Assembly: GCF_001194135.2 (NCBI RefSeq)
Contig: NC_069004.1
Span: forward strand, 5,859,679-5,915,708
Reading direction: 5' to 3'
Origin: Octopus bimaculoides
Taxonomy: Eukaryota
Length of the DNA stretch: 56,030 nt
The position numbers and the translations under genes are program-made. Below, one piece after another: positions 51,641 to 56,030 of this stretch. The notes beneath the pieces were generated by a model. That model was not told the origin of the DNA. It saw only the letters and a list, made by a program, of their open reading frames with translations, and made no database searches. Each line of letters opens with the position of its first letter. Position 1 is the stretch's first letter.

Positions 51641-51706
51641 AGGGTAATGGGTGTACATACTATATTTCGGGGGGTTTTGCCCCTTCATCAGCACCCATCT
51701 AACCCT
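51641..51706 (-). ncRNA. Type I hammerhead ribozyme motif, near-intact
   Basis: AGGGU-UAG-AUGGGUG-CUGAUGA-A-GGGG(CAAAACC)CCCC-GAA-AUAU(AGU)AUGU-A-CACCCAU-U-ACCCU. Stem I is 7+5 bp, stem II 4 bp, stem III 4 bp with one U.G, and the triplet is GUA. Confidence 0.82.
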
Positions 51707-52121
51707 TTAATTCTCAAACATATTGCTTAAATTAAATCAGTGCTTCAAGAATATCTGTAGAGATAACCTCAATAAGTAATGTATATATTTCAATTTCGGT
51801 ATTAATTCTATTGGTCTAAAGTGCCGAACCAGTCACATACTAGGGTCTATGGCATCAACTAACTACTTCTGAGCCTGTTCTGTTGAAGAAATCGCAGAAT
51901 CGTTAGAATGCCATAGAAAGCACAGGCAGTCGTCTGGAGAATGGCAAATTCTATGATAGCATCTGTCAGACCTTCAAGACAAAAGACGAGACTCGTAAAC
52001 AAGTAGAATTGGTGCACGGGGAAAGGAAACACTAAAGGCCAGCCCCAGATTTTAGGCGACGTTTTTATCTTAATTTTTCGTTTTCAGTATTATTTTTTCC
52101 TCTACATTTTGTAATAATGAC

Positions 52122-52720
52122 TTCAAATTTTGGCAAAAGGTCAGCAATTTTAGCGGGTGGGGCAATTTTAGGGGCGGAGTAAGTCGATTATATAGACCGC
52201 AGTGTTAAGCTGTTATCGACGGCGAAAGAATGAAAAGCCAAGCCGAACGCGGCGGTATCTGAACTCAAAACGGAAAGACGGACGAAATGCCGCTAAGCAA
52301 TTTGTCTGAGGTCCTAACAGTTCTGCCAGCTCGCCGCCTTAGGTTTTGGTAATAATAAATTTTACTAATCGAAGATATGAAAAAAAATCTGCTTAAAAAT
52401 ATAAAGAAAAATTAATAAAATTGTATAAATAATTGTGTATAAAGAGAAGGTCCGAATTTCTGTTCTAAAATGTTCATTGTGTGTGCGTGTGTGTGTGTAC
52501 ACGCGTGCGCTAAGGTGAGCTGAGCTGGCAGAATATTTAGCTCTCGAACGAAAATGCGTTGTGGCATTTTGTCTGTCTTTACGTTCCGAGTTTGCATACC
52601 GTCGCGGTCGACTTTACCTTTCGAATTCGATAAAATAAACACAAGTTGTGCACTAGGGCAGGTATATAATCGATTAGCCCCCTCCCTCCAAATTTCAGGC
52701 TTTGTACATATAATAGAATG
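52122..52720. mobile_element. Two divergently oriented SINE family A copies (minus 52122-52340; plus 52512-52720)
   Basis: ttctgccagctcgccgcctt and tgagctggcagaata heads about 170 bp apart. Confidence 0.8.
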
Positions 52721-52934
52721 TATATATATATAAAATTAATCAAGGGACATACGAAGTATGTCTACCTGCTTGAAATAACAGTCAAAACTCGTTATCAAAT
52801 CGCCAAAAATACCAGTGTATGAAACGCGTGTCTGCAAAATTTGTGCCAAAATGACACTCGGATTTCAGTTGCACAAGATCTTGGTTGTGTCGAGAACGTT
52901 AAAACCTAATGCACATAAGTCACCAGGGCAAACA

Positions 52935-53143
52935 AACCAACACAGGTTTTCGAGCGGTGCTGGAGGAAACCACAAACACGTAGACGGGTTTCCGTGCAAT
53001 TTCCGTCATCAAAATTCACTCACAAGGCTTTGATCAACTCTGGGGCGGTATTAGAAAGAACTTGCCAAATGTACTGTGCAGTAATAAACTTGAACCTGAA
53101 ACCACATGGTTACAATGCGAGCTTTTTAAGCACACAACCATGC
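52935..53143 (-). mobile_element. SINE family B, degenerate
   Basis: aaattcactcacaaggctttg...tgaacctgaaaccacatggtt...cacacaaccatgc. Confidence 0.75.
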
Positions 53144-53559
53144 ATATAATCTGAAAATTTGTTTATAAAAATTGAACCTTTTTTTTTTTCAGTAATATCC
53201 TTTAAAATTCTCTTTACTCGTTTTCAACAGAACGGTAATAACAGTAATTAGTCATAAAGAATTTCATATTTCAGTCGTTATAATTAATTTTAGCAGTTTA
53301 ATTAATCACATTACGACAAAATAAAAAAGACAAATTTAAAAAAAGACGAGCATAAACAATATCAATGATTTCCTGTTTAATTATTCACAAAGAACGATGA
53401 AGTTTTTGAATTTAATATTAGTTTCATTATACATGGAGTCTCAATTAAGCGAAGAATAAATAAAAACTTTAGCTTACCTTAAAAAATATTTTCAATGTAA
53501 AAACTCTAGTCAGACGAACTTAGTCTTCTTGCAAAACAAATAAGAATGATAATTCTTCG

Positions 53560-53965
53560 TAATTTTGGCACAAGAAGTTAAAGTTTCAGGGAGGGGCTAG
53601 TGGATTACATCAAACCTCAAAGTTCAAGTGGTATTTATTTTATCGGCTCTAAAATAATGAATGGCAAAGTCCACCACTGCGGCATTTAAGCTTAGAACGT
53701 AAAGACGAAGAAAATTCCGCTAAGCATTGCTGCTTTACAAATAATAATCCTTTCTATTAAAAGCACAAGGCCTGAAATTTGGCGGGAGGGGACCAGTCGA
53801 TTACATCGACCCCTGTGTTTCACTGGTACTCAATTCTATCGACCCCGGAACGGATGAAAGACACTGTCGACCTCGGCGAAATCTGAACTCATAACGTAAA
53901 GCCGGGTGAAATGCTTCCAAACATTCTCCCCGACGTGCTTACGGTCCTGTCAGCTCACCATCTTA
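53560..53965 (-). mobile_element. Two tandem SINE family A copies (53560-53730, 53746-53965)
   Basis: Tails ttttggcacaag and atcctttctattaaaagcacaaggcc; shared body motifs. Confidence 0.82.
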
Positions 53966-54919
53966 AACATTTGAAATATTGGTCACTGTACAGACAAAAA
54001 GTTATATTGGCGTGTGTATATATTATGTAATATACTGTATGTATTACCATGATATCAGCGCCGAGCAGTGATTAGACATGATCGAACTTTAGGTAATTTA
54101 AAATATGTTTGTGACATACCTCAACTTCTAAAGGTAAATTCCCATTGACAACGCTGCATCTAGTAATCCGATAGGGAGCAGCACTGGACAGATATGGTGT
54201 TTTTACACCTTTTTCGTCATAAGAGGGAATTTTTTTTTCTCCACGATAAATGCAGTGACTTTGCCTTTGGAAGCTGAAATATGTCACAAACACATTCTAG
54301 CTAACCAAAAATTGTGTGAGAGAGAAGACAGGTAAATGCATACAGACGTGTGTCTGCTTGGACCACTGTAGATAAACATCTACTTCTTAAAGTCACATCT
54401 TCGAAAAATCAGTACGCGGTTTCAAATAGTATGTTGTACAGAAAGTAATTTAATTTTTGTTTGTTCCGCATTTAAAATATATTTATACTTTTAAAATATC
54501 AAAGAATTACGTTCAATATAATTGCACGGCTATTTCCTTTTAAGATTAAAATATATCTAGACACTATAAAACTAATAATTCGATTTACTGTGTGCATAAT
54601 TTAGACATTTTAGTAATAAAAGAAATTAAACGTGGATAAAAGGAAAGCATAAAATATGTTCTTTCTTCCATAGTTTTTGAAACTTTGCACAAATGCTTTC
54701 AAAATATGATACTTTAAATAACGAATCAAAATAACCCGATGAAATGTCAGACACTAAATGTTGAAATCCATTTCAGAATCTTAAAAAGTTGCTTACCATG
54801 TCTGCATATTCGGTACCTCGGCAACAGCGTGTACCAATAATGGATGGTATATATATATATATATATATAAATAGTGAGGGTGATAAATTGAATATTAATT
54901 TCAATTTAAAACCAGTGGT

Positions 54920-54931
54920 CTATATATATAC

Positions 54932-54967
<36 letters not shown>

Positions 54968-55003
54968 ACACGTATATATATAGGCATATATATATATACA
55001 CAT

Positions 55004-55036
<33 letters not shown>

Positions 55037-55141
55037 CATATATATATACATATAAATATACACATATATATATACACATATATATATACATATATATATG
55101 CATATATATGTGTATATATATATATATATATACATATATAC
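54920..55141. repeat. (TA)/(TACA) compound microsatellite
   Basis: Low-complexity tract running into an N-gap. Confidence 0.95.
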
Positions 55142-55771
55142 NNNNNNNNNNNNNNNNNNNNNNNNNNNNNNNNNNNNNNNNNNNNNNNNNNNNNNNNNNN
55201 NNNNNNNNNNNNNNNNNNNNNNNNNNNNNNNNNNNNNNNNNNNNNNNNNNNNNNNNNNNNNNNNNNNNNNNNNNNNNNNTATGTCGTGGGGGGGCTAACA
55301 TAATTTAGTTATTTTTATGTCACCTTGTCGCAGGAACAGCTTGATCAACTGGTGAACAGTCAACGTTGTTGGAGAGTATAAAAGATTAAATTCGTAGTTA
55401 ATTGAGAAAAAGTTAGCTTACATGGAGGACTGGAAGCCATCTGAATATTGGAAAAAAGTTAACTATATCAGTGGTTGTCAACCGGGGTGGAATCGTCCCC
55501 TTGCGGGCGAAAATCATTTTTTTTATGTGTGTTGGGGAGCGATGAATGCAGTCTTCGATCGACGACTGTACTCACAACAAGCAACCACACATCCTGTGCA
55601 TCATGACAAGAAGGGCTCTTCTCGATTACTGTGGTCAAACCGTAAAACCTACTCTTTGTCTTAATTCAAATACAGTAACTATACGCTTCAATAAGTGCGT
55701 TATCGTCCAGGATTTAGTTCATCGGTTTATAATGGCTAATTCATCACTGAATTTCGTATCCTTGTTACCAT

Positions 55772-55918
55772 GATACTGCGGCTGCGCCTTGAAAAATTTC
55801 TACTCGAATGAATCGACTCGAATACTTATTTGTTTTAAAGTCTGGTACTTAATCTATCTGTCTCATTTGCCTAAACGCTAAGTTACTGGCACGTAAACAC
55901 AGTTGTCAAGCGGTGATG
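55772..55918 (-). mobile_element. SINE family B, 3' module fragment
   Basis: tcgaatgaatcgactc..tacttatt...cgctaagttactggcacgtaaacacagttgtcaagcg. Confidence 0.75.
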
Positions 55919-55950
55919 TGTAAGCCTGCATTATGTATATGTATATTTGC

Positions 55951-55984
<34 letters not shown>

Positions 55985-56030
55985 GCACGTATATATGCTA
56001 TGTAAATATATGCATATATATATATATATA

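Noticed and set aside
122-55773. Most ORFs in the six-frame track (YI, HT, CV, LS, poly-I/N/T/V runs and X-filled ORFs)
   Set aside because: They are translations of dinucleotide or trinucleotide microsatellites, or read through N-gaps. Only the RLE, mariner, RTE and CR1-like fragments show protein-family motifs.

Overview
Gene-poor, AT-rich eukaryotic DNA from a gapped short-read assembly, with 21 N-gaps mostly flanked by microsatellites. The repeat landscape looks like an octopus (coleoid cephalopod) genome; this is my inference from recognising the repeats, not a database result. I could not recognise any intact protein-coding gene, and almost all ORFs in the track are microsatellite or N-gap artefacts. 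The window is dominated by microsatellites and tRNA-derived SINEs: about 28 copies or fragments of family 'A', about 15 of the bipartite family 'B', and 2 of the CORE-like family 'C' (A/B/C are my working labels). It also holds a decayed mariner transposase, a hAT-type MITE with a perfect 8-bp TSD, and 3' fragments of three LINE types (R4/Dong-like restriction-like endonuclease, RTE, CR1/L2-like). The most interesting signal is four type I hammerhead ribozyme motifs, all on the minus strand. One is near-intact (51641-51706). One sits inside a ~320-bp tandem unit carrying Pol III B-box-like motifs, a retrozyme-like arrangement (49204-49670). Two belong to a Penelope-type terminal-repeat family (8203-8248, 51367-51415). 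A perfect 19-bp hairpin at 29765-29814 also merits checking.
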